From contig OZ336870.1 in the NCBI GenBank assembly GCA_965287045.1, positions 151,342,001 through 151,406,000 on the forward strand: a DNA stretch of 64,000 bases, in the 5' to 3' direction. The translations under genes and the position numbers were made by a program. The notes beneath the pieces are model-generated. The model was not told the DNA's origin. It did no database searches and saw only the letters and a program-made list of their open reading frames with translations. Numbering within the stretch: the first letter of the stretch is position 1; every line of letters starts with the position of its first letter. Source of the DNA: Carcharhinus amblyrhynchos. Its lineage: Eukaryota. Shown here one piece after another: positions 10,832-21,748 of this stretch.

Positions 10832-11800
10832 GTAAATCATTTCACCAGTATAAAAGCATTCTATTTAACTGCTGAGGTGAGAACTCCCAAAAGAGGCTGA
10901 AATAAGGGCTGTTGGAAAGACTGTGGAACCTGGAACTGGATTTCAGGCCTGAGGGTATGGCTGTAAAGTTGTACTTGCGCAACATGATGAGATTATGTTT
11001 CTCTGTACAATAATGGAATGAATGTAATTCAATAGATTGTAGCTCCAGTAGAGAGAGGAAATTTGTCGGTGAAAGTAAAATTCCTAATTAGCCTGAATTC
11101 TGCCCACATTTTGGAAAGTAATACCCTCGAGTGCACCTCTAAAAATTGTGTTATGACATCTTCAGAACTCCACTATGACTTCATACTTTAGCAAAGGCTT
11201 AGTAATAGTCTTCACTCTTTAATTGTTTCATTGTGTTACTTTTTACTTGAGCTCAGTGCTCTGGTTATAGCTCAGTTGGAGATGCATGTAAACAAAGTGT
11301 AGATACTTTGGAGTATTCCATGGGTTCGGCCTCTGTCGTTGATAACATATTTCAGGAATTTGAAGGTTTGATTCTTGGAAACATCATTCATATTCAGCAA
11401 ACAATATATTCATACAAGAGAGAATAATCTGCTAATGCCTCTTAGTCACACGTGAATTGAAAAGCAATGGTAGATTAATATTGATCATTTCCAACTGTAC
11501 CAAAGAATACTTACACCTGCAATTTTGGACTTCAGAGTAGGAAGAGACAGGTAAGATCACTATGCTTGCTATGACTTTAAACAGTGAATAAAAGAAGAGC
11601 AGTATACTTTTTAATATAGTTGGATTGAGGTCTGGTTAAATTATATTTTCCCATATCACTAATAGTTCACTAACCTCCTTCAGGGAAGGAAATCTGCTGT
11701 CCTTACCTGGTCTGGCCTACATGTGATTCCAGAGCCGCAGCAATGTGGTTGACTCTCAACTGCCCTCCAAGGGCAACTAGGGATGGGCAATAAATGCTGG

Positions 11801-12003
11801 TGTGGGTATGCCGGCGTTGGACTGGCGTAAACACAGTAAAAAGTCTGACAACACCAGGTTTTAGTCCAACCTATTTATTTGATAATATACTCGCAAGCTT
11901 TCGGGTTAGCCCCTTCACCTGACGAAGGGGCTAACCCGAAAGCTTGCGAGTATATTATCAAATAAATAGGTTGGACTAAAACCTGGTGTTGTCAGACATT
12001 TTA
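11801..12003 (-). mobile_element. Young Penelope-like pLTR-derived palindromic insertion (second copy of the 5089 family)
   Basis: The tail spans 11801-11835. Arms 11836-11916 and 11924-12004 have one mismatch around a 7-nt spacer. The 13-bp TSD CAATAAATGCTGG lies at 11788-11800 and 12004-12016. Confidence 0.85.
11915..11949 (+). ncRNA. Minimal hammerhead ribozyme motif (Penelope-type)
   Basis: Reads UCAC-CUGACGA-A-GGG-gcuaa-CCC-GAAA-GC-U-U-GCGA. The core is intact, helix II is GGG/CCC, and helix I has one mismatch. Confidence 0.65.
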
Positions 12004-15000
12004 CAATAAATGCTGGCCCAGCCAGCGATGCCCATGTCCCACAAATTAATAAAAATATATTTATTAATTGCTGAATTTATGTTTGCCTCCCAATTCAGAC
12101 ATACCACTTCAGGTTTAATAAAATCGCAACTTGAACACTGCAACAAGTCAGAGAAGGTTAATATTGAAATGATTACAGTGCTAATCAATACGGGGTTAAA
12201 CTATCATATCCATTACATAAGGCTTCTTGTTGGTCTTTAGCTTGACAGCGTACTCATAACCAGCGATCCTTTTAAGCATTATGTGTTAAAACTTCAATGT
12301 GCCAGATTGGGCATCCCCTCCAGTTGACTTGACCATAGTTGCTTAATGATTTCCATATCCTGTTTCCCAGAAAAAGAATTAGCCAAAGAAGCCTCCCTCT
12401 CACAGACGCTCCCATCCTTTCAGAAGATATTCATAGCAGAGCCAACACAGAATTTGAAATAGATGATCTCCTGTTATCAAAAGCAAGAATGTTTTCCTGC
12501 TGAACAAGAAACCATAGGTTTTCACTCCAGTTTCTTCATTATATCCAAGAAATTGAGAAATATTTGCCCATTTTCAAATCAAAGGAAATGGAGTCAGTTC
12601 CTATGTTGAGACTTATATTTCTAAGAACGATGGTTTGTGTAATGCAAAACATGATTTTCCTACTGCTGGACAGATTTTTGGTGTTCTGGGCTCTCAATCC
12701 CCCCACCCCTTGCGAAAGATTCATATCTCACAACTTAGGTTACATATATGTATAATCAGACTAATGTCAATGGCCATCTTCATTGTTTCCAATTCTGTCT
12801 TTTATAGTGAAGCATTTCAGTTGAATCTGCTGACACATTTACTTTGGCCTGTCTAGTAGTATAGATAGTCATATGTATTAAGAGTTCCTCTTCAGCTGAT
12901 TTCCCAAAATGAGGATGACGGTGGAAGTGTTGCTACTGGCTTGGAAAGCTCATCTCTGAAACAAGTGCCATTGAAGATGTTTGACGGCCTAATTTCACAG
13001 AATTGCCAGTGTTGTGTGCATAAGAAAACTGAAACGTCGTTCCAAGCCTTAAGCCGAGAGAGTTAATCAGTACCAATACACTAGAAAAAACTGGGCTGAG
13101 CAGAAAGGACATTAAAGCTGGAACAAGATGTTGATGGCACAAAAAATAAGAAATAAACCTATAAGTGAGATAAATGAAGAACAAATGTCATACTCAAGGA
13201 CATGATATAGTGGGAAGACAGCAAAATATATGTCCAGAGAAAAGAAGAAAGTAACGTCAATCAAATTGATCAATTTAAATAAAATCAGAATCTGTAAGGA
13301 ATCAAAAATATACTTATCAAATATTGAGAGCTTTAGACCAATTTGTTGGAATTTTTTTTAATTAAATTTTCCTTTTTGAAGAATTGACTGGGGAAATTAT
13401 AGTTTTACCAGCAAGTATCATAACATTTTATTGTTCTGATTACTCAGGAACTGAAGCTTTGTAAATTTACTGCTATTTTTTATAAAACAAAATGTAGGGT
13501 TGTGCCAATGTGAATTTTATATTTTGTTACCAAAAATAAAAAGGCTTATACTGGCCATTCAACAATGTTGCATGCCAAATTCCTTTTGGGAAGTTTATTT
13601 TTAAATCATGGGCAACTTTACTTTCTAACGTATTTCTGACTGTCAAGCCTCATTAGCAATCTGTGAGTCCACATATGGTTAGTGTACGCTGTTACTGCTT
13701 GGTGCATATTTTCTTCTCTGCAGGTCACCTGTCTATCAGGCATTGGTATGTGTGACTACTAAAATAAGGCACCTATGGGGAAAATCAGCTTAGAACTGCT
13801 TTTTTTAAAACTGAAATGTTTCTCTTTGATTTTCATTGTTGAGTTTAAATATCCTCTGTGAATTTCAGAATGTGATTTTTTTTTTGGCTGGAATAGAATT
13901 AACTTGCACAGAGATTTTGTGAATGTCTTCTCCTAAGGAACAAGGTTCATGATGGGATGAAGGATTCTTCTGTAAGGTTCCCATGTGAAGTGTGTTGGTC
14001 AGTTTCACCTTTAGCTGCTCGAGGCGTAAAGCTGTTCTAACTTGGGACTCTTGGCGCTAAAGCACACTCATGAGATCACGTGGGCAGGCAGTGTAGGAAA
14101 TGAAAGTGCAGTAGAAAGTGTTCTTCTGGGCTTGTTGGATTTAAGAGATATTACTGAAGGATATAGAGGGAGCATTGAATCACATCTGCCCTGCGCAATC
14201 TTTGATCTGGATGTACTTCTTCCTGCACAAAACCTGACCAAGAGGTCCAACTGTAATCCATATAATAATGCTGAGAGTCAGAGGAACATTTTGTAAGGAA
14301 GGCTAAAATCCCAAAGTGCCATTCTTAGCTTTGTTTGCATATCATCCAGTCACTTCCGTCACATATTTGCTGAGCAATACTTATTCAGGTTACTATGCTT
14401 TTGAAATATATTTTAAACTATCAAACCTTGGCATTGCGGGATTGATCATGATGAACAACTATTGTACTGATTGTATCGAACCTTATTTTCAAAAAAGACA
14501 ATACAGGCGCATTGAACTGTTAACATGTGATTCATGAAGCTTAGGGATAGAGATTTGATCATTTCCTTTCAATCAGACACTTGTCTGAACAGTGGTGTTG
14601 AGGAGGGCCATGTTCCTCATTGTGAGGGTAAATAATCATAGAAAGTGAGTCATTGCTCACTGCAAGTCCTGTTCTGCCTAAGTATGTGACTGGGTCACCC
14701 CCTTGGCTACGCAAAGAGGGAAGAGAGACAGATTTTGTTTGCACTCTCTCTCAAAAAAAAGACAAGGGATGTTTCTGCGAGGTAATGATATTGGAATTAG
14801 TAACAATGTATGGTAACAAAATGTAATGTAGTTAAGCAGTTACATGGAGAAACCACAGTGGGTATAATTGTGATTAAAGGTCTCTGTGTTATTTAATGTT
14901 GGGATAGTGGCAAGTAAAGCTCCGTCTAATATTTATATTTGGCAAAGGAGTAACTTGCTTCTAACTTGTAAATTCTTGTTGCAAAATTCAGTCTTAAGTT

Positions 15001-18000
15001 TCTGCCCCCTCCAAAGCAACTTCCTGTCTGCTGTTTTTTATTTTTCCTTCCTTTTGAGTCACTTCTCCTTGGAGAAAATACTTTGCCCATAGATTTATAT
15101 CCTCCATAGTTCCACCTATAAATCTTTGTTTTATGCACTGGCGGGAAACCTTATTGTTCACTTCCTCCCCAGTTCCTCCCTCTACAAATCCACAAATCTT
15201 TATCTTCAACAAAAAGTACAGCAATAATCCACATTGAAATAACTTGATGTAAGCTGTGTTCAGTTTTAAAACAAACGGAGAATGAAGAAAGTCTGTTGAA
15301 GTGCGGGTTGGGGGGGGTAGTTATCCTTGGTGCTACACTACCTGTTCAGTTATGCAATGTATTATAAAACACCGTATACATTACCTGTAACTAAAGACTG
15401 ATGATTGAGTCAAGTAGATTTGAAAAGCATGTTGGTGCTGAATATTTGTAGATAGTCATGAACCTTGGAGTAAAATTTCAATTAAAGTAAACCAAGTATT
15501 CTTGCTGCTAGTTGTATATGGAATGTTAGTGCAGTCTGATGACGGGAACTGTGTATGTTAGAGGAGGGTAATATTTAAAGGTAGTGGTTCATGAGTAGAA
15601 AGGAAATGTGCTAATAGTTTATGGGATGGAGTATAACATGCATAAAACATTTCAAAATAATAGGTTGACATTATGTGCTCGAATCCTATCCTATCCTTTT
15701 ACTCTTTGCACATTGGCTCCAACCCACCACTGGGGCAATTTGGAAAAAAAGCAACACTGGTAATTGCTGACATTCACTCCCAAGTTCATCAAGCAGTGGT
15801 CATCAGTCAGCAAAGAGCACGAATATAGCCCAGAGCCCTAATGCTCAATTTAAAGAACACCTAATTTTAGCTCTCCAAAAGCTGTGGCTTTTTTTGCTTG
15901 GAGCTGTACAGAGCAAACCTTTAGGCAGTTACTACTTCAAGCCCTGAAAATTAGGTGGAAATTGAATAGTTCCAAAGAACTGAGTGGAGCATCAAGTGAA
16001 CAGCAAAGCCCACCCACAACACACAATTACAATTCTAATTTAAAAACTGTACAGCAACATAAATATAACATCTCATTTCAATTGCAAAGCCTCCGGGAGA
16101 TGGAATTGTTTTCTGATTTAATTCTCGGGTGAGAGAAAAATCAAGCACCCGACTGTACTTGGCTGCTGCCAGCTAGTCAGGCACCTTTAATGATGACCCA
16201 CCTCCATAATTGTTTTGATTAACAGGGTGGTCACAGAAGAATTTTTGCCCAGTTCATGGTGTATGTAAGTAAGATCTCTGGTCCAAAATTTTCACATTGA
16301 CACATATGATTCAAGTTTATTCCCTCATGTCTGAAACACCTTTTTAAAAATAATGTTGTCCTGCACTTAAAAAAAAAAGGTGATGGCAGATGGATTTTTT
16401 TTGCATGACCTCAGTGAAAACATCCCTTTGTAAGTTTTATGGTTTAGCCTTCCCTCTTGGTGATAATGCAAAATATTTTTTTTTCCTCCATTCCATGCTG
16501 CTAGCTGCAACTTTGAAAAATGGCTGCCGTTTTGCCAGAAGTCCCTTGTCATCCATTAGACGTTAATTTATAGTGGTAACTGGCAGAATTGCAGAAGTGC
16601 TACTTTATTCGCTCAGGACTAAATCCCAGGCTGCACTGATTGTTCACATCTTTAGTGTTGCGTCCAGCAGCTATCATGCAGCAGCTAAAAATGAAGGGTT
16701 ACCAATGTGAGACAAAAGCTACATCATTGTTTCCCATCTGTCATCCCTGATAAAGATATGGTCAGAATGCATTTACAGTTTCTTGTGGGAATTAAAATGA
16801 AAAATGAGTTTAAAAATATTAACTAGTCTTATATGGCAGACATTTTTTTGTATGCATTTGTATTTTTAAAATTAGTTTTAAGTTTCAAAAAGAACAAAAG
16901 AATACAGAGCGATAGATATGAATGGTTTTAGACTTGAAGGATTCTGACTAAGTAAAGGAGGTTGAGAACCGAGGCTATTGATTTTGAGTTAGGGAGACTC
17001 TGTGAGGCATAATCATAAAGACTGAGACTTGATTCTTAGATTCCTGATGTATTCCCCATCCTCCATATTTTTACCGGTGCGAGATAAGAGTGAGGACTTC
17101 TGTGGGTTGCAATCCTGCATTGCCAACCTGGCTGGCTCAATTACAGGATATGTATGTCCTAGTCATCCACAATTTTCATGGAGTTGGACCAGCTCTTAAC
17201 AGACTTGTGGTTCGGGGCCCCTCAAAGGTGTTGCGAATTATACTCTGGGTGAGGGACCCTTTTAAAAGTTAAGTTCTAAAGGCCTTACATGTGCAACCTC
17301 CCCCCCCCCCCTCATGTGAAACCATATCCACCTATCAGCCTATAAGTGCTCATCACTTTATATAGCAAGATATGCCCATCAAACTACTCCCCAGTGTTAC
17401 ATCAAACTCTCTATGCTGACATATGCCCCTGTACTCACCCTTATGCCACATCTACTCTCCATACCAAACAATAGTTGTTCCATTCCCATTCACTCACTAT
17501 ACACACTACAGAGCTAATGAACTCCAGAGTAATAGTAGGATGTATGACAAAGTATTAGAAAGCACTCCTTCATTCATAACTTTCTACTTTCTTAAAAATC
17601 AACTCCTTTCACTGCAGTCCTATAAAAGTCTCAATCATCCAACACATTTGAAGTATTAAAATCTGAAACTGCAAGTACTTTAATTCTTCATCTTGTGTAA
17701 ATAAATGTTGTGCAATTGACAGAATAGATCAGAGAGCAAGAGTTAATCGTGTAACGTTTTCCTGGGGCAAAACTTTCCATAGTCTAATGAATTTTTGGGC
17801 TCCCAGCTAAACCTCATTATGCAGTCTTGTCTGTGAGGGGGCATTGGAAGTATATGAAAGAGCATAGGTTGGCAAGAAAAAAACATGGGTGGTGTGAGGA
17901 ATGAGGTCTAGAGGTCTGCTCTTTTATTTTTCTGTCAGGGCACTGAGGTGGGCCTTTCAACAGTCTGAACTGGCACTTGCTAGTACCCATAGCTACCTTT

Positions 18001-18039
18001 GAACACTTTCTGGCGGCAACAGGACTTAACTCCAGTTAG

Positions 18040-18368
18040 TGACACAGAGGTACAGTGGCTTGCATTGCTGCCTCGCACGGCCAGGGACCAGGATTCAATG
18101 CTGGGTGATTGTCTGTGTGGAGTTTGAACATTCTCCCTGTGTTTGCATGGATTTCCTCCAGGTGCTCCGGTTTCCTCCCACAGTCCAAAGATGTGCAGGT
18201 TAGGTAGATTGGCCCTGGTAAAATTGTTCTTTAGTGTCCCAAGATATTTAGATTAGATGTATTAGCCATGGTAAATACGTTATGGGGACAAGGTGGTGGA
18301 GAGGGCCTGGATAGGATACTCTGTCAGAGAGTCGGTGCAGACTTCTGCACTGGAGAGATTCGATGATT
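18040..18368 (+). mobile_element. HE1-type shark SINE
   Basis: ggtacagtggcttgcattgctgcctcgcacggccagggaccaggattcaat...gtctgtgtggagtttgaacattctccctgtg...ggtttcctcccacagtccaaagatgtgcaggttagg...ttctgcactggagagattcgatgatt. Confidence 0.9.
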
Positions 18369-19817
18369 GCACCCACCCCCTTCCCCCAGGATGAAAATCT
18401 AATTTTTGATGGCACTTTTTCAAGAGACAGATGAGTGGATGTGCTGAACCAGTAAATTTCCTGACTCCCACTACCTGCCTCTAGGATAAAAATCCAGCTC
18501 ATTATGTCAGGGTAAGCTTACTGGAGAAGGACAATAAGTGCTAAGCATTTGCATTTTATTTTGAAAGCAGTACTTTAAGGGTTCTCTGCAGAATTCAGAA
18601 GGGCATCCCCCTTTGGTTTAATAAAAGTCAGGCAGACATGCCCATGACGACCGTCAGGGATATTCCCTTGGAGAATGTTGCATGTCAAGAGTTGGTATTG
18701 AGTTGGACCTCTTCCAGGGCAATTGTTTTTTTTTAAGTAACTCAGTTTGTGTTGAGACCTTTCTATGTTCTTCTTTAAAAGAATGCGTTGGTAAGAAACA
18801 ACTGCAGCGATAGAGAGCATGAGAGACAAAGATCATAGTTAAGTTATGATCTTAAGCCAACGTGTGCTGCTTTAGAGTCAACTGAGTAAAACCATTTCAT
18901 GATACTATTCGTGATAGAAACAGCTGCTACAGATTAAGTCAGTTGAAGTTGGTAACTTTACAGGTTACTGGTTATATGTAGTACTAACTGTTCTCTCTTT
19001 GTTAATGACTACTTTTCTGTCTGCATTCTGCCCAGTGCTAACTTTTATTCTGCAAACAGCAAGCAGAATACTTCTGATTAATGGGCAATCGTACCCTTAT
19101 TAAAAAATAAAGCAGAAGCTTATATGTGAAGAGTTTTTCTTGGTCGATATGTAACGAATGTGGTTGTTTATACAGTTGCTGCCAATGATTTCAAGGTCTC
19201 TTAAAATGTCAGCTGCAATCATCTCAACTTACTTACCTTTGCTATGTGGATAATTCAAAATACCCATGAGTATGAGAAAAAGACAAAAGAAGAATTTTAG
19301 TACATTATCTCCGGAGGTTATCTATGCAGAAGTTTTATTGTGATCTACCACAGGCAATGTGTCTCGGTGTCATGTCAGCACACTTAAAGGGCTGGTGGGG
19401 GTGGGGGGGAAGAATTTGTTCATGTAGCACCATTTTGAATGTTGGTTCCAAAGTGATTCTGCCCCCAGGGGATAGTAGTCTATTCAGCACTGTTAAGCTT
19501 GTTCTGTCATTCAGTTGTATAATGGCTGATTTACCAGCATTAACTCCTTATCCTTTGATAACCTGTATAAACATAATCTATATTGCAATTGTCCATAGCC
19601 TTTTGGGGGGGGATGGGATGAGGTGAGGTCATGGTGGGGGTGGCAGGGGATATGGGGAATCATGGGGGGAAGGTAGTTGCCTGCAGGGATGTGAGAGGGC
19701 AGAGAACTCCAGATTTCCACAGTGTTGTGTGGAAAGAAAATGCGCCCGTCTGAATATCTGGCTATCATTTTAAGATTATTTGCTTTTTTTTTCCCCTACC
19801 AGTCAAAATATTTTCTC

Positions 19818-20475
19818 TGGGCTGAATTTTTGCTCCAATCTCAGATGCGAAGAGTTGGGAAAATTCCCAGGCAAAATTTCTTGTGTGGCTGGGTTTTCAC
19901 TCTGAACGGTGGGGCTAACTGGAGTTGGGCCCTCTGCCGCCGGAGACAGTGCAGAGGCAACCTCAGGTGCTGCTGGTTTGTCGGGGGGGTGTCGTCTTGT
20001 TTAAGTGGTCCACCTCAGTGCTGTGGAGCTGAGTTATAATGTCCCAGTTATAACAAGAACAATAACGCACTCTACCACTCACCTACACAACCACAACATA
20101 CTCCCCATACCCTATTCATGACAACTCATGGTGCTTCATACCCCCAATGCCAGCTTATAACTCTCTATCGACACACCATGTTCCCTCATGTCAACTTGTA
20201 CTCCTCTATCTACCCTCCCCATGGCCCCAGAGGTACTGTGTGCCAATCGATACACCATCTACCCACCCTATCACCCTCATAGCCTCTAGATGACAGGGTG
20301 TCTGACTACCTGACTACTCTACTGCGCAATTTGCCTGAAAACTCCCGACTGCATAACTAATGAGCTCAGCATCATATGACACAGTGGATTTACCCACCAG
20401 GCTCTGTGGGGGAAGTTCCACTGATTCCTGTCCTCACCACAGGACTTCGGCCCCGACTAGAAAATCTTGAGCTCA
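19818..20475. mobile_element. Probable non-autonomous Harbinger-type MITE
   Basis: Begins tgggctgaattttt and ends gaaaatcttgagctca, which are degenerate inverted termini of the GGGCYGRATTTT type also seen at 24423 and 47560. The interior is C/A-skewed. Confidence 0.4.
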
Positions 20476-21075
20476 ATCTGTGTACACGTATAAATAACCA
20501 ACATCCATTATTTTCTGCTGTACACTTTGAGGGGGGGGTTGCAAACTGAGGGAGTGCATTCTGTACTATTGTGAATTACAATAGCTTTGGATGACAACTA
20601 GTTGTGATTTAGAATCCCAAACTGTGTGTTAGCTATTACTGTGGTACTTTGTGTGGTTATTGGGGGAGGTGTGAATGATCTTTTATGCTCAGAATCACCT
20701 ACAAAAGAAAATACAGTTATATTTTCTTGACTGCAGAGCTGTGACTTGCTAAGTGCTCTCTGCCAAATGTTGTCTCTTGGGAAATGGGGCCTCCTTGTTG
20801 AGAATAGTATCAAAATGTGTATTATATTGTTCTGATTTTACATAAGAAAAGTTACTTTAATAATGATACCCAAAATGATTTGGAAAAACATTGCAATGGT
20901 TGGTATACTGCCAAAAAAGACTAGCACTCTTAAATCATATTGCTTTTTAATCAGTGTTTTTTCTTGGGCTGTTACAGCTTTAATTTGTTCAACGTGTGCC
21001 TAATTAATATGGGTTATAAATAATCTGTTCAAGTTTATGCTTCCCATAAAGTTGGTCAGTTTTTTTATAAACAAC

Positions 21076-21415
21076 AAGAGAGACACGTTGCTGAAGCTTT
21101 TTGTCCCACACTCATCAGGACAAACACAGGAATGCCAAGTTTTAGACAATCACAATAATTCACAGAAAAGAGGAGGGGTGCTGTTGGTCGACCATGATTG
21201 GCAAGGCAAAGCAATGAGGAGGCAAGTCTTATAGTTCCCCATTGTTTTCTCCATGGCAATGCCTCAGCCATTGTCGACCAGACAGCACCCCTCTTCTCGC
21301 ATGAATTATTGTGATCGTTTAAAACTTGGCATTCTTGTGTTTGCCCTGATGAATATAAGACAGAAAGCTTTGACAGCATGTCTCTCTTTTCAAGTTCCAT
21401 ATTACCAAATAACTT
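21076..21415 (+). mobile_element. Palindromic Penelope-like insertion (third family)
   Basis: Imperfect inverted arms span about 21076-21207 and 21260-21388; the + and - ORFs here share the peptide SSGQTQECQVL. The right arm contains cCTGATGAatataagacaGAAAgcttt, a hammerhead-like core, followed by a short tail. Confidence 0.7.
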
Positions 21416-21707
21416 TTATTTTTCACACAACATGTGTAAGTACTTGAGCACAACATTTCTATTACTTAGCATGGTTTCTAGTTGTTGGATAACATGGATT
21501 CAAGAAATAAACAGCCAGAAAAAGTCTCTTTCCAACTACAGTTCTGAGATTTACCCAGTTGGTCCACCGGGGGAGGGGACGGGGACTGCCTGGGCTGGGC
21601 TGGGCTGGATTGTAACTCAGCAGGTTTAAAGGCAATGTGGGCATACAAGATCCAGTGAGCATTGTGCCTGCACCCACTGCAATGAAAGGGAGCTGCTTGG
21701 CAGCCAG

Positions 21708-21748
21708 CCCTCCATCCCTCCCTCCATCCATCCCTCCCTCCATCCCAT
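21708..21748. repeat. Short (CCCT/CCAT)n microsatellite
   Basis: ccctccatccctccctccatccatccctccctccatcccat. Confidence 0.7.

Larger units (their letters stand above)
11660..12055 (+). mobile_element. 5'-truncated shark SINE with CR1-type tail, interrupted by a Penelope-like palindrome
   Basis: gttcactaacctccttcagggaaggaaatctgctgtccttacctggtctggcctacatgtg...gggcaataaatgctgg [insertion] cccagccagcgatgcccatgtcccac...aataaaaa reads continuously once 11801-12016 is removed. Confidence 0.75.

Noticed and set aside
14042-14296. 84-aa ORF in unique sequence
   Set aside because: It has a non-ATG start, no recognisable domain and no convincing splice boundaries.
21037-21447. Overlapping opposite-strand ORFs with shared peptide, resembling a duplicated gene
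   Set aside because: Fully explained by the inverted repeat.
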